Origin: an uncultured Christensenella sp. | Lineage (GTDB): Bacteria; Bacillota; Clostridia; Christensenellales; UBA1242 | Direction: 5' to 3' | DNA: 43,762 nt | Assembly: GCA_949293915.1 (NCBI GenBank) | Contig: CASFFJ010000068.1 | Span: 1-43,762 of the forward strand | Part shown: positions 1-9,060 of the stretch, in pieces | Numbering within the stretch: position 1 is the stretch's first letter | Layout: each line of letters opens with the position of its first letter | Made by a program: the position numbers and the translations under genes | Notes under the pieces: model-generated | The model's input: only the letters and a program-made list of their open reading frames with translations | What the model was told of the DNA's origin: nothing | Databases searched by the model: none

Positions 1-2
1 CT

Positions 3-377
3 AATTTAGATAGGTATATCGGTTATGATTATTTCAAAGTTGACTATCCGCCTGAGAAAATTGATGATAAACAAATTTTAGATTTTTCTGTAAATCTTAC
101 TAAATCTGGCGCGGTAATTAGTTTTAACACCAGAAGAAACCAAGAATATTCAATCGTTAAATCTGTAAATAATAAAGAGATTATTATAAATCAAATAAAA
201 GAAAATTCGGGAAAATTCGAATATCTAGACCAAGATATATTTAGTTATGATGAAATTGAATATTTTATTAAATATTCAACCGCTATAAACGAAAAAATCA
301 TTATTAGACCAAAAGATTATTTAGTAGCATTATTAAATAATGAATTGTTAAATACTAAAAGAAAATGGTATGTATAA
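3..377 (+). CDS. 3' part of a protein of unknown function (5' end lies outside the window)
   Basis: Frame 3 is open from the window edge for 124 codons (NLDRYIGYDYFKVDYPPEKIDDKQ...LLNTKRKWYV) and ends at TAA 375-377. A stop-free run this long is unlikely by chance in AT-rich DNA. It is absent from the ORF track because it has no in-window start codon. No recognisable motif. Confidence 0.6.
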   Translation, partial: NLDRYIGYDYFKVDYPPEKIDDKQILDFSVNLTKSGAVISFNTRRNQEYSIVKSVNNKEIIINQIKENSGKFEYLDQDIFSYDEIEYFIKYSTAINEKIIIRPKDYLVALLNNELLNTKRKWYV

Positions 378-2045
378 TCACTCTACTGTTACGCTTTTTG
401 CTAAATTCCTAGGCATATCCGGATTAAGACCATTATTGATTGCAATTTCATAGCTTAATTTTTGGAAAGGAATTATTGAAAATATTGCCAATAATTTATT
501 ATCAATTTGTATATTTTCTATATAGTTAGACATATCAATAAATACCCCATTTCTCGACTTGATTTCATTCATTGTGGTTAATAAACTTTCATTTTTATTA
601 GTGTTTAATGCTAAAACATAACTGTTCTCTTCAATCAATGAAAGTGTACCATGTTTTAACTCGCTAGCAAACATAGGAATTGTATAAATGTAATCAATTT
701 CCCTAATCTTTAAACTTGCTTCTAAAATTGTTAAATAATCTAGACCTTTGCCAATCAAAACTAAATGTTTAACATTGGTCAGTACATTTGCCAAATCACT
801 TACATCTATATCTTCAATATATTTTGTTAACATTTGATAAAAATTGTTTATGTCAATTTCATACTTTTTATCAATTAATTTATTAATAATATAAGCAAAT
901 GTAAACACCTGACACGAATAAGTCTTTGTACTAGCAACCGCCAATTCTTTACCTGCTTTTGTTAAAATTTTAAAATCAGCATAATTTGTTATTGTACTTT
1001 TATCTTCGTTTGTTATAACAAGTATTTTACCACCATATTGTTTTATTTCGCGTGCAATTTTGATACAATCAGCTGTTTCTCCACTTTGTGACACAATGAT
1101 ATGTAGATGATTTTTTTTAATTTTTTTGATATGATAATTAGATGCTAAATAACAATCAGCCTGTATTTTTGTGTATTCGTTAAACATCCATTCGCCCACT
1201 AAACAAGAATGATATGCAGTACCGCATCCTAATAATGTTAGTTTATTGAAATGTTTAAATATTTTTTTAAATTGTAATTTATTTATTGATAAATAAGTAT
1301 TTTTTATTGCAATAGCTGTCTCATCTATCTCTTTTAACATATAATGCGGATAATTTTTTAATTCTTGACTTTTTAATTTATTTTTATGTTCAACATATTT
1401 AATTTCATTAATTGATTTTATTTCATTGTTTTCTACCACAACAATATCACCATCTTTTAACGAATATAAATCACCATTTGGCAAACTATTTATGTCACTT
1501 GAAATATAAATTCCATCTTTGCTTTTTAGAATATGTAAAGGACTAAATTGTTTAACAGCATATAATTTGCCACTTTTATCGCCTATAATGAGCGAAAAAC
1601 TACCTTGTAAAATATCAAATAATTGTTTTATCTTTTCTAGATTAGAGCCATTTAAACTTTCTAATAGATTTGCAATAACTTCTGTATCCGTTTCTGAATT
1701 AAAATGATAGTTTTTATTGATTAAATCTTGCTTTATTAATTCAAAGTTATTAATAATACCATTATGCACAATAACAAACTCACCATTTTGGGAAATATGA
1801 GGGTGTGTGTTTTGTAAATTAACTCCACCATTTGTTGCCCATCTAGTATGACCAAATGCTATTCTAGAATATTTTTTTTGCTTAGGCAAATTATCAAGCG
1901 TTCCCACCGCTTTTACTATTTTGAATTCTGAACTAAAATATGCTATTCCACACGAATCATATCCTCTATATTGAAGAAGTTTTAAACCATTTTTAACTTC
2001 ATTGTATGCGTTACGCTCGCCTATATAACCATAAATTCCACACAT
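378..2045 (-). CDS. glmS: glutamine--fructose-6-phosphate aminotransferase (isomerizing)
   Basis: N-terminal MCGIYGYIG (catalytic Cys2 of Ntn amidotransferases), HTRWATNG, two SIS-like halves, and canonical C-terminus PRNLAKSVTVE. The SD aggag lies inside the murI 3' end. At 555 aa it is shorter than the usual ~600 aa. Confidence 0.95.
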   Translation of the reverse strand: MCGIYGYIGERNAYNEVKNGLKLLQYRGYDSCGIAYFSSEFKIVKAVGTLDNLPKQKKYSRIAFGHTRWATNGGVNLQNTHPHISQNGEFVIVHNGIINNFELIKQDLINKNYHFNSETDTEVIANLLESLNGSNLEKIKQLFDILQGSFSLIIGDKSGKLYAVKQFSPLHILKSKDGIYISSDINSLPNGDLYSLKDGDIVVVENNEIKSINEIKYVEHKNKLKSQELKNYPHYMLKEIDETAIAIKNTYLSINKLQFKKIFKHFNKLTLLGCGTAYHSCLVGEWMFNEYTKIQADCYLASNYHIKKIKKNHLHIIVSQSGETADCIKIAREIKQYGGKILVITNEDKSTITNYADFKILTKAGKELAVASTKTYSCQVFTFAYIINKLIDKKYEIDINNFYQMLTKYIEDIDVSDLANVLTNVKHLVLIGKGLDYLTILEASLKIREIDYIYTIPMFASELKHGTLSLIEENSYVLALNTNKNESLLTTMNEIKSRNGVFIDMSNYIENIQIDNKLLAIFSIIPFQKLSYEIAINNGLNPDMPRNLAKSVTVE

Positions 2046-2046
2046 A

Positions 2047-2706
2047 TTATTCTCCTTTAACTAATTTCATCATTAAATCAATATAACTTTTGCTTTGTCT
2101 TGAAGTTATAAACTTTATATTTATATCAGTTGTACTTTCCATTATTATGTCGTTTAATATAAATTCACTATTGCGATAAATTTTTGTTTTTGGGCAATAT
2201 TTACAAAAAATATCATACACCAATTCATAATGCGTGCAACCCAGCACAAATTCTTCTAAATTATTTAGTTGATATTTTAATATATGTTTTTTTATAATTT
2301 TGTCTAATAATGATTTATCGAAAATATGTTTTTCAATTTGTGTAGCAAGTGTACTATCTGCTATAACTTCATAATTCTTAAGATTTTTCTTAGACAAACT
2401 TGTTGCAAGATACACTTTATCTGTAATAAATCGCATAGTCATTATTGTGTTTGTGTTTTCAATCAATGTTGATGCCGTATTGCAAGCTATTATGATTTTA
2501 TCAACATTAAATTTGTTTTCTAATAAAGAGATTATTCCGTTTAACCGTTTTTTTAATTTTGATTTAGAGCGTTTGCCGTATGGCATAAAATCGTTGTCAG
2601 CAAAATAAATGTAATTACCACCATTTTTGATAAGCTGTTTTAAAATACTAATACCACCAATTCCACTATCTATAAGAGCAATGGTATGACCAATTTTTTT
2701 AAACAT
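2047..2706 (-). CDS. murI: glutamate racemase
   Basis: IALIDSGIGG, ACNTAS and GCTHY motifs (the two catalytic Cys regions). The ORF is open up to ATG 2751, but that codon lies inside the -35 of the divergent rpsT promoter. ATG 2706 (MFKKIGHTIALIDSG) gives the usual short N-terminus. The start is uncertain and neither candidate has a clear SD. Confidence 0.85.
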   Translation of the reverse strand: MFKKIGHTIALIDSGIGGISILKQLIKNGGNYIYFADNDFMPYGKRSKSKLKKRLNGIISLLENKFNVDKIIIACNTASTLIENTNTIMTMRFITDKVYLATSLSKKNLKNYEVIADSTLATQIEKHIFDKSLLDKIIKKHILKYQLNNLEEFVLGCTHYELVYDIFCKYCPKTKIYRNSEFILNDIIMESTTDINIKFITSRQSKSYIDLMMKLVKGE

Positions 2707-2745
2707 ATTATAATTTATGATTTTGTAGAAATATTGTTTAATCTC

Positions 2746-2774
2746 TTGCATTTTTTTATTTTATTTGATATAAT
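2746..2774 (+). promoter_or_regulatory. sigma-A type promoter for rpsT
   Basis: TTGCAT (2746-2751), 17-nt spacer, TATAAT (2769-2774). This is followed by SD ggagg and ATG 2797. Confidence 0.55.
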
Positions 2775-2796
2775 ATAAATCGAAATGGAGGTTTGT

Positions 2797-3048
2797 ATGG
2801 CTAATATTAAATCAGCAAAAAAGAGAATTGATGTTATCAATAGACAAACATTAGAAAATAAATCATATAAGAGCAAAATTGCTACTTGGGTTAAAAAATA
2901 TAAAACTGCTGTTGATAATAAAGATGATAATGCTTCTAGCATTTTGAATGAAACATTTTCATTAATTGATTCTGCTGTATCTAAAGGCATTTTGCAAAAA
3001 GCTACTGCTAATAGAAAAAAAGCAAGATTAAGTGTATATGGTAAATAA
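2797..3048 (+). CDS. rpsT: 30S ribosomal protein S20
   Basis: MANIKSAKKRIDVINRQTLENKSYKS... is a typical S20 N-terminus. SD ggagg lies 5 nt upstream of ATG 2797; the track ORF starts at an upstream in-frame ATG 2785. The position divergent from holA-comEC matches other Bacillota. Confidence 0.93.
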   Translation: MANIKSAKKRIDVINRQTLENKSYKSKIATWVKKYKTAVDNKDDNASSILNETFSLIDSAVSKGILQKATANRKKARLSVYGK

Positions 3049-3080
3049 AAATAAGTGAAGAATTTATCACTTATTTTTTT
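3047..3080. terminator. bidirectional rho-independent terminator between convergent rpsT and the YgjP-like gene
   Basis: Stem ataagtga (3051-3058) pairs with tcacttat (3067-3074) around an 8-nt loop. It is flanked by an A-run on the left and a T-run (3075-3080) on the right. Confidence 0.7.
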
Positions 3081-3109
3081 ATTTTATTCTTTAATAAACT
3101 TTTATTAAA

Positions 3110-3760
3110 TTATAAAAAATCAACTAGTTGCCTATTAAGTTTTAACCATTTTTCACATTGCTTGTATTCTGGCATTATTTTTTTTATCAACATATAAAAT
3201 TTTTTGCTATGGTTTTTAATTATTGTATGTGATAATTCGTGAATAATGATATAATCAACGACATTTTTTGGGCATAACACAAGTTTGTATGTGAAATTGA
3301 GATTGTTGTTTGTGCTACACGACCCCCACCTAGTCTTAGCACTAGTAATTCGTATAGAGTTATACTTAAAATTATATAACTTAGATAATTTAAGCACTCT
3401 ATCATTTATATAATTATGTGCAAAATTTTTTAAAAATTCTATTAATTTTTCTTGCGAATTTCTGCTTGGAATATAAATGTAATTATTTAATAAAGCAACT
3501 CTATTTTTATCTGTCATAATAATTTGATAACTATTTGATACTAATTCCAGCCTTTCTCCATCACGGAAGTTAATTGTTCTCGTATTATGCTTTATCTCGT
3601 TTAATTTAGTTTGTATCCAATGCTGTTTTTTTATAAGAAAATCATTTATCTGTTTATCCTTACAAAACAAAGGCGCACGGACAATCAATTCCGCCTGCCT
3701 TGTTATAATTATTGATATAGTATGTCTATTTGACCTTATTATCTTAGTTGGCGTAATCAT
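3110..3760 (-). CDS. YgjP-like (DUF45/M48-type) zinc metallohydrolase
   Basis: HELSH zinc motif (IIIHELSHTIIKNHSKKF) and the upstream RWGSCS motif typical of the YgjP/DUF45 family. Confidence 0.8.
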   Translation of the reverse strand: MITPTKIIRSNRHTISIIITRQAELIVRAPLFCKDKQINDFLIKKQHWIQTKLNEIKHNTRTINFRDGERLELVSNSYQIIMTDKNRVALLNNYIYIPSRNSQEKLIEFLKNFAHNYINDRVLKLSKLYNFKYNSIRITSAKTRWGSCSTNNNLNFTYKLVLCPKNVVDYIIIHELSHTIIKNHSKKFYMLIKKIMPEYKQCEKWLKLNRQLVDFL

Positions 3761-3762
3761 AA

Positions 3763-4677
3763 TTAAAAAATTAGCTCGTAAAGTGCGTTATATACACTAA
3801 TCTTACCTGATTTTATTAAATAATCTAACTCTATATATTTTTGATAAAGATTGATGTAATATTTAATACCATTTTTAGCAATATACTCTCTCGATTTCTT
3901 TATAGCATAAGGTTTAATATTTAATATTTTGGATAATTCGTTATCATTCTTGTTTAATGCGATATATTCCATTCGTCTAAAATATTTACCCATAAACATA
4001 AAAATCTCAGTGTATGAATTTGATTTATCTAACATACTCATTATTTGTTGATATTTAGCATAATCTTTATTGTCAATTGCGTTTGTGAGCATAAATATTG
4101 CATAACTAGTATTATCAGAAACTAAATTAGCAACAATAGAATGTGTAATAATTTTATCATCTTTTGTATAACAAATAAGTTTATTTAATTCAGATGTTAT
4201 ATTTGTCATATCTTGATCACACATATCTATTAAATATTCCATAGCAGGTTCTTCAATAGACAGATTATTTTTCGCTAATTCATTTAAAATATATTTATTA
4301 ATATCAATTCTATCTAATTTTGAGCAGTCTATTATTTCTGCGTTTTTTATCTTTTCGTTATTAGTTACTAATACTAAATAGTTTGATGAAGCAAAATCAT
4401 ATTTATTTATAAAATCAACTATTTCTGGACGTAAATCAGTGATATATATCAATCTGTAATCATTATTAAAAGGAAGTGTATCTAAAATTGTATTTAATTC
4501 ATCAGTCTTTACCCTACTGCCATCTATACTAGCAAAATTAAACTCTTCAAATGCTTTTATAGTCATAGTTTTTAACTTATTAATTGCTTGCTTAATCAAG
4601 AAAAAATCATCCCCAATTATGGTGTAAATTTGTTTTATTCCTTGTTGTAAAGATTTATTTAATTCTATAAAACGCAT
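3763..4677 (-). CDS. holA: DNA polymerase III delta subunit
   Basis: 304 aa. The N-terminus has the pattern (IYTIIGDDFFLIKQAINKL) typical of HolA, and it sits in the conserved position directly downstream of comEC and opposite rpsT. Confidence 0.8.
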   Translation of the reverse strand: MRFIELNKSLQQGIKQIYTIIGDDFFLIKQAINKLKTMTIKAFEEFNFASIDGSRVKTDELNTILDTLPFNNDYRLIYITDLRPEIVDFINKYDFASSNYLVLVTNNEKIKNAEIIDCSKLDRIDINKYILNELAKNNLSIEEPAMEYLIDMCDQDMTNITSELNKLICYTKDDKIITHSIVANLVSDNTSYAIFMLTNAIDNKDYAKYQQIMSMLDKSNSYTEIFMFMGKYFRRMEYIALNKNDNELSKILNIKPYAIKKSREYIAKNGIKYYINLYQKYIELDYLIKSGKISVYNALYELIF

Positions 4678-4695
4678 TAATATTCCTTAATTATA

Positions 4696-6216
4696 CTATA
4701 CCACAAGTCCTATAAAAAGTAAAGCAACAATTGGCAAAGTTACAAAAATTCTATTTTTCCTATCTGCTACACACATTCTGCCTATCAAAAGTAAGAAAAT
4801 GAAATAACACAAAATTGATGGATAATCTACAGATATTGTTGTGAGATTTGCAAAAGATAAATTACCTAATATATTTGAAATGAGTGTTATTAAATCCATA
4901 ATTGGATTTATGATTTTTAATAAATAGGTAACATATGGCACAATCAAAGACACAAATGATAACAAATAAAAAACAACAAAACATAGTGTGAACAATGGAA
5001 TTATTATGATATTAGAAAATATTGATATCAAATTAAAATTTTTGAAGAAATAAGCCATTATAAATGTCAGTGCTACCATTGTCGCACTACTAACTGATAT
5101 GCTTTCAACAAGCCATTTAGGTGATTTTGTGTGTGATAATGCTCGTTTAATTGGTCTATATAACATAATTATACCCAGCACACACGAAAAACTCATAAGT
5201 GAACTGATATCGTAAACAAACAATGGATTGATTATAAAACATAAAATACCAGACAGAGACACTGCGCACAAACTATCATATCTTCTATAACACATTTGAG
5301 CTACAAGCATCATAATCGACATAATACACGCACGTATAACAGATACTGAAAAATTACATAAATACGAATAAAACAACAGAACAATAATTATTAATATAAG
5401 TTGTAGAATATTTGGTGCCTTTAATTTGCGTAATACAAATAAAAGTATAGTTATAATAAGTGTAACATTCAAACCAGATACAGCCAATAAATGCGCCACG
5501 CCAGATAATTTAAATGAAACCTTGTGAGTCTCTGTAAGCATTGCGGTATCGCCAAAAAGTGATGAATACGCTAATTCTAAATTTTCATTTGTCAATCCAT
5601 ACGACAAATTATTGTAGATTTTATTTTTGATTTTTTCTGCAAAAGTTGTATCATAATCTATAATAGTTACATCTTCCATTAAACAAGATGCTGTATAACG
5701 CAAGTCTTTTGCAAATAATGTTGAATTAGGGATATCGCCCGACATAATATCGTTATGATAGAAATTGTAAACATTAAAATTTATTACACTGCCAATTTCT
5801 ATACTCTCATACAATTTTTCATCATCATAAATATAAATTATTAGGTTAAAATCTTGTTTTTCGTGATTGATGATACAATCATCTGCATAAACGGATAAGT
5901 AATCATCATTAGCTCGTTTAGTATAGAAAACTCGCGCTTGAATTGTACTAGGCTTTTCTATAAATTCATTATCTTTAAATGGATTAACAGCCAACAGAAA
6001 AATTCCGCCACCAATTATACAAGATATTAACGGAATAAGTAAATATTTAATCTTACGTTTAATTATGGCATATGCAATTAATATTATAATAACAATAATA
6101 GTTATTACAATTGTCACTATTGTTTTCTTAATAATATAAAATACAAAAAGACTTCCTAATAATAGGAACAAGAAAATCATCCATAATGGTCGATAATTAA
6201 ACCATCTCTCTTTCAC
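4696..6216 (-). CDS. comEC: ComEC/Rec2 family DNA internalisation channel protein (no C-terminal metallo-beta-lactamase domain)
   Basis: Polytopic membrane protein with an N-terminal OB-like soluble segment and the competence-domain motif SGVAHLLAVSGLNV. The protein ends within the membrane region at 506 aa. Confidence 0.85.
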   Translation of the reverse strand: MKERWFNYRPLWMIFLFLLLGSLFVFYIIKKTIVTIVITIIVIIILIAYAIIKRKIKYLLIPLISCIIGGGIFLLAVNPFKDNEFIEKPSTIQARVFYTKRANDDYLSVYADDCIINHEKQDFNLIIYIYDDEKLYESIEIGSVINFNVYNFYHNDIMSGDIPNSTLFAKDLRYTASCLMEDVTIIDYDTTFAEKIKNKIYNNLSYGLTNENLELAYSSLFGDTAMLTETHKVSFKLSGVAHLLAVSGLNVTLIITILLFVLRKLKAPNILQLILIIIVLLFYSYLCNFSVSVIRACIMSIMMLVAQMCYRRYDSLCAVSLSGILCFIINPLFVYDISSLMSFSCVLGIIMLYRPIKRALSHTKSPKWLVESISVSSATMVALTFIMAYFFKNFNLISIFSNIIIIPLFTLCFVVFYLLSFVSLIVPYVTYLLKIINPIMDLITLISNILGNLSFANLTTISVDYPSILCYFIFLLLIGRMCVADRKNRIFVTLPIVALLFIGLVV

Positions 6217-6299
6217 ACTGAGATTATATCATAAATTAATGTAAAATTAAATACTAATTTAATTAAAAATAAAATTTAATATAAATTTTTAAAAAATGC

Positions 6300-6328
6300 T
6301 TGTATTAATTAAAGTTTTATGTTATTAT
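6300..6328 (+). promoter_or_regulatory. extended -10 sigma-A type promoter for tRNA-Glu
   Basis: TTGTAT (6300-6305), 17-nt spacer ending in TGt, TATTAT (6323-6328), about 20 nt upstream of the mature tRNA 5' end. Confidence 0.5.
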
Positions 6329-6347
6329 ATCAAAGTCTAAGCAATAT

Positions 6348-6422
6348 GCCCTTATAGTCTAGCGGTTAGGACGCGACCCTCTCACGGTTGAGACTGGGGT
6401 TCGATTCCCCATAAGGGTACCA
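6348..6422 (+). tRNA. tRNA-Glu (anticodon CTC), CCA encoded
   Basis: A manual cloverleaf fits: acceptor GCCCTTA/TAAGGGT (G1-U72 wobble), D stem GTCT/GGAC, anticodon stem CGACC/GGTTG with loop CT-CTC-AC, 4-nt variable loop, T arm TGGGG-TTCGATT-CCCCA, then discriminator A and CCA. Confidence 0.9.
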
Positions 6423-6606
6423 ATATTAAAATTGATGACATAAAACCAAGCCAGAACTACTGTCTTTTTTTTAACTTTCAATACATATCACAATTATGAA
6501 ATCTTATATTAAATGATTAAATTATTTATAATCTAACATATAGTTAAATGATATTAAATTTGAATTTGATAATAATGACTAATAAAATTTTATTTTATTG
6601 TTAAGA

Positions 6607-7305
6607 TTATTTAATTTGTGTATTTAAATATTTTAAAATATTAGGATATTTTTCAATCAATTGATAATATTTACGTTTTTTATGCAATCCATCAAATAAT
6701 AAATATAATCCGATTCCTAAAATAATCAGTCCAACTGCCACACCTAATATACCATTATATAAAGCCACGTTTGGAACAGGAGTTTGTGATAAAAGTGCGA
6801 TTTGAGTTAAGACTAAGTTATTAAACGCGGTGGCAAAATTGGTTAATTTGTATTGCTTAATTAACATTGTTTTACCTTTGGCACGTATTACTCCCCATAG
6901 CGACATAGCTATGCTGTAAGTTGCAAAAGCAGCAATGGCAATTGCAATTATTAGATTATAATTAGTATTAGATGGATAGAAAATTTGGAAAACTGAATAT
7001 GCAATATAAAATAAACTAGATAAAGCTAACATTGTTCCACCACGTATATAGTACTGAATATCCTTAATATTATCTTTATTTCTCATCAAACCACGACTGC
7101 AATTATTTTTAACATAGGCGATGAATATACTATATATTGCGATAGCTATAAGGAACCAGGATTTAAATACTAAACCAACTATAATTTTAAAGAAAAAATA
7201 AAATAAGTTTTTTAATAACGCTAACTTACCATAAACAATTATTTTCTTTTTCTCTGGAATACTCCTAAATTTCCTAATTAAATTCCACATATAGCAAAAA
7301 AACAT
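6607..7305 (-). CDS. polytopic membrane protein of unknown function
   Basis: 232-aa ORF with about 5-6 hydrophobic helices and no recognisable motif. An alternative start is ATG 7290 (MWNLIRK). Confidence 0.6.
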   Translation of the reverse strand: MFFCYMWNLIRKFRSIPEKKKIIVYGKLALLKNLFYFFFKIIVGLVFKSWFLIAIAIYSIFIAYVKNNCSRGLMRNKDNIKDIQYYIRGGTMLALSSLFYIAYSVFQIFYPSNTNYNLIIAIAIAAFATYSIAMSLWGVIRAKGKTMLIKQYKLTNFATAFNNLVLTQIALLSQTPVPNVALYNGILGVAVGLIILGIGLYLLFDGLHKKRKYYQLIEKYPNILKYLNTQIK

Positions 7306-7375
7306 AATCCATATTATAATATATGAATTTAGTTAACTATATTTTAACAAATACATATCAATTTGTCTATATTTT

Positions 7376-7406
7376 TTAAAAAAAATCTGTCGATTAAGAC
7401 AGATTT
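7376..7406 (-). terminator. rho-independent terminator downstream of proS
   Basis: On the minus strand, the 9-bp stem AAAUCUGUC/GACAGAUUU (7398-7406 / 7383-7391) with a 6-nt loop is followed by a further U5 run. Confidence 0.8.
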
Positions 7407-7440
7407 ATAATCATTAACATAAAATTAAGATTTTACAATA

Positions 7441-8865
7441 TTAATATTGTTTGCCAAAATATATGCGATATTTACTTGGCTTGCCACAAAAAACACATTT
7501 ATGCTCGCTGTCATATGAATGAATGTTGCGTGTTGTAATAGTTGTTTGATTTTTTATCTCATCCTCACATTCAATACTACCACAATGATATGATAATGCA
7601 ACTTTATTAGAATTAATCTCGCGAACCATTTCATCAAAATCTTCTGTCTCAACTATTGCATTTCTCATATTTTCTTCTGCTTGCGATAACATATTTGCTT
7701 GAATATCTTTTAGCGTTAAATCTATTTGTTCTGTCAAATTAGATAATGACAATTGACTCTTAGCGTGCGTATCACGACGAACAATAGTAGCAACGCCATT
7801 TTCAATATCACGTGGACCAATTTCAATACGAATTGGCACACCTTTCATTTCGTATTCATTAAATTTCCAACCAGGAGTGTTGTTAGAATTGTCACATTCT
7901 GCCCTAAAACCTGCATTAACTAAAGCATTTAAAACTTCATCACACTTTTCTAATACACCTGCAACTTTACTGGCAATAGGGATTATTACAACTTGAATAG
8001 GTGCAACATTAGGTGGCATTTTAAGTCCACGTTCATCACCATGCGTCATTACAAGTGCACCAATTAAACGCGTGCTAACACCCCAACTGGTCGAATAAGC
8101 GTATTCTAATTCTTCATTTTTATTTAAAAATTTGATATCACTAGATTTTGCGAAATTTTGACCTAAATTATGTGTTGTGCCAGATTGCAAACATTTGCCA
8201 TCTTTCATAATTGCTTCGACTGAATATGTGTTCACTGCTCCCGCAAATTTCTCGTGTTCAGACTTTTTGCCAGTCAAAGTTGGTATCGCAAGTAAATTTG
8301 TTAAGCAATCTTTGTAAATATTAAGCATCTTGACAACATCTTGTTCAGCATCTTCAAAACTAGCCTGCACTGTGTGCCCCTCTTGCCACAAAAATTCGCT
8401 TGTCCTTAAGAATGGTCGAGTAGTTTTCTCCCATCGCACAACATTACACCATTGATTGATTTTCATTGGTAGGTCACGATACGATTTTACCCATTTGCTA
8501 AACATCTCACAAATAATTGTTTCGCTAGTTGGTCTAATAATTAATCTCTCTGCTAAATCTTTACCACCAGCATATGTTACAACAGCCACTTCAGGCGCAA
8601 AACCTTCTACGTGTTCAGCTTCACGTTTTAAAAAACTTTCGGGAATGAGCATTGGAAAATATGCATTTTTAACACCAACGCGCCTAAATTCTGTGTTTAA
8701 ATATTCTTGTATTCGTTCCCAAATTGCATAACCATATGGTCGAATAACCATAGTACCTTTGACTGGTCCATAGTCTACCATTTCAGTCTTTAACACAACA
8801 TCTGTATACCATTGTGGGAAATCTGTATTAATGTCAGCAATGTCACTAACAAATTCTTTTGCCAT
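7441..8865 (-). CDS. proS: proline--tRNA ligase, archaeal/Thermus-type architecture (no INS editing domain)
   Basis: Motifs DFPQWYTDVVLKTEMVDYGPVKGTMVIRPYGYAIWE, RPTSET, FLRTSEFLWQEGHT and SWG. The C-terminal Cys-rich domain ends in ...GKQY, the terminal Tyr typical of this ProRS class. Confidence 0.95.
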   Translation of the reverse strand: MAKEFVSDIADINTDFPQWYTDVVLKTEMVDYGPVKGTMVIRPYGYAIWERIQEYLNTEFRRVGVKNAYFPMLIPESFLKREAEHVEGFAPEVAVVTYAGGKDLAERLIIRPTSETIICEMFSKWVKSYRDLPMKINQWCNVVRWEKTTRPFLRTSEFLWQEGHTVQASFEDAEQDVVKMLNIYKDCLTNLLAIPTLTGKKSEHEKFAGAVNTYSVEAIMKDGKCLQSGTTHNLGQNFAKSSDIKFLNKNEELEYAYSTSWGVSTRLIGALVMTHGDERGLKMPPNVAPIQVVIIPIASKVAGVLEKCDEVLNALVNAGFRAECDNSNNTPGWKFNEYEMKGVPIRIEIGPRDIENGVATIVRRDTHAKSQLSLSNLTEQIDLTLKDIQANMLSQAEENMRNAIVETEDFDEMVREINSNKVALSYHCGSIECEDEIKNQTTITTRNIHSYDSEHKCVFCGKPSKYRIYFGKQY

Positions 8866-8868
8866 AAA

Positions 8869-9060
8869 TTACTCCTTATCTTTATCTTCTAATGTCTTCT
8901 TAATCATTATAATCTTTCCTTTTGCTTTTTCCAAATCTTTTAAGCAAGATTTTGCTAATTTGCAACCTTCTTCGTACAATTTTAAACTTTCATCTAAATT
9001 GTTACCTTTTTCTATAAGTTGTGCGATTTCTTCTAATCTTTTGATATCTTGTTCTAACAT
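8869..9060 (-). CDS. xseB: exodeoxyribonuclease VII small subunit
   Basis: 63-aa helical protein (LEEIAQLIEKGNNLDESLKLYEEGCKL) that overlaps the xseA stop. Confidence 0.9.
   Translation of the reverse strand: MLEQDIKRLEEIAQLIEKGNNLDESLKLYEEGCKLAKSCLKDLEKAKGKIIMIKKTLEDKDKE

Noticed and set aside
378-380. Possibility of an alternative genetic code (TGA = Trp), given the very low GC.
   Set aside because: glmS terminates at TGA exactly after the canonical ...SVTVE C-terminus, and the Trp residues checked by reverse-translation are TGG codons. The standard bacterial code applies.
6423-6470. T8 run about 40 nt after tRNA-Glu, as a possible tRNA terminator.
   Set aside because: Only a 4-bp stem (gaca/tgtc) with a ~20-nt loop precedes the T-run. 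That is not a convincing intrinsic terminator.
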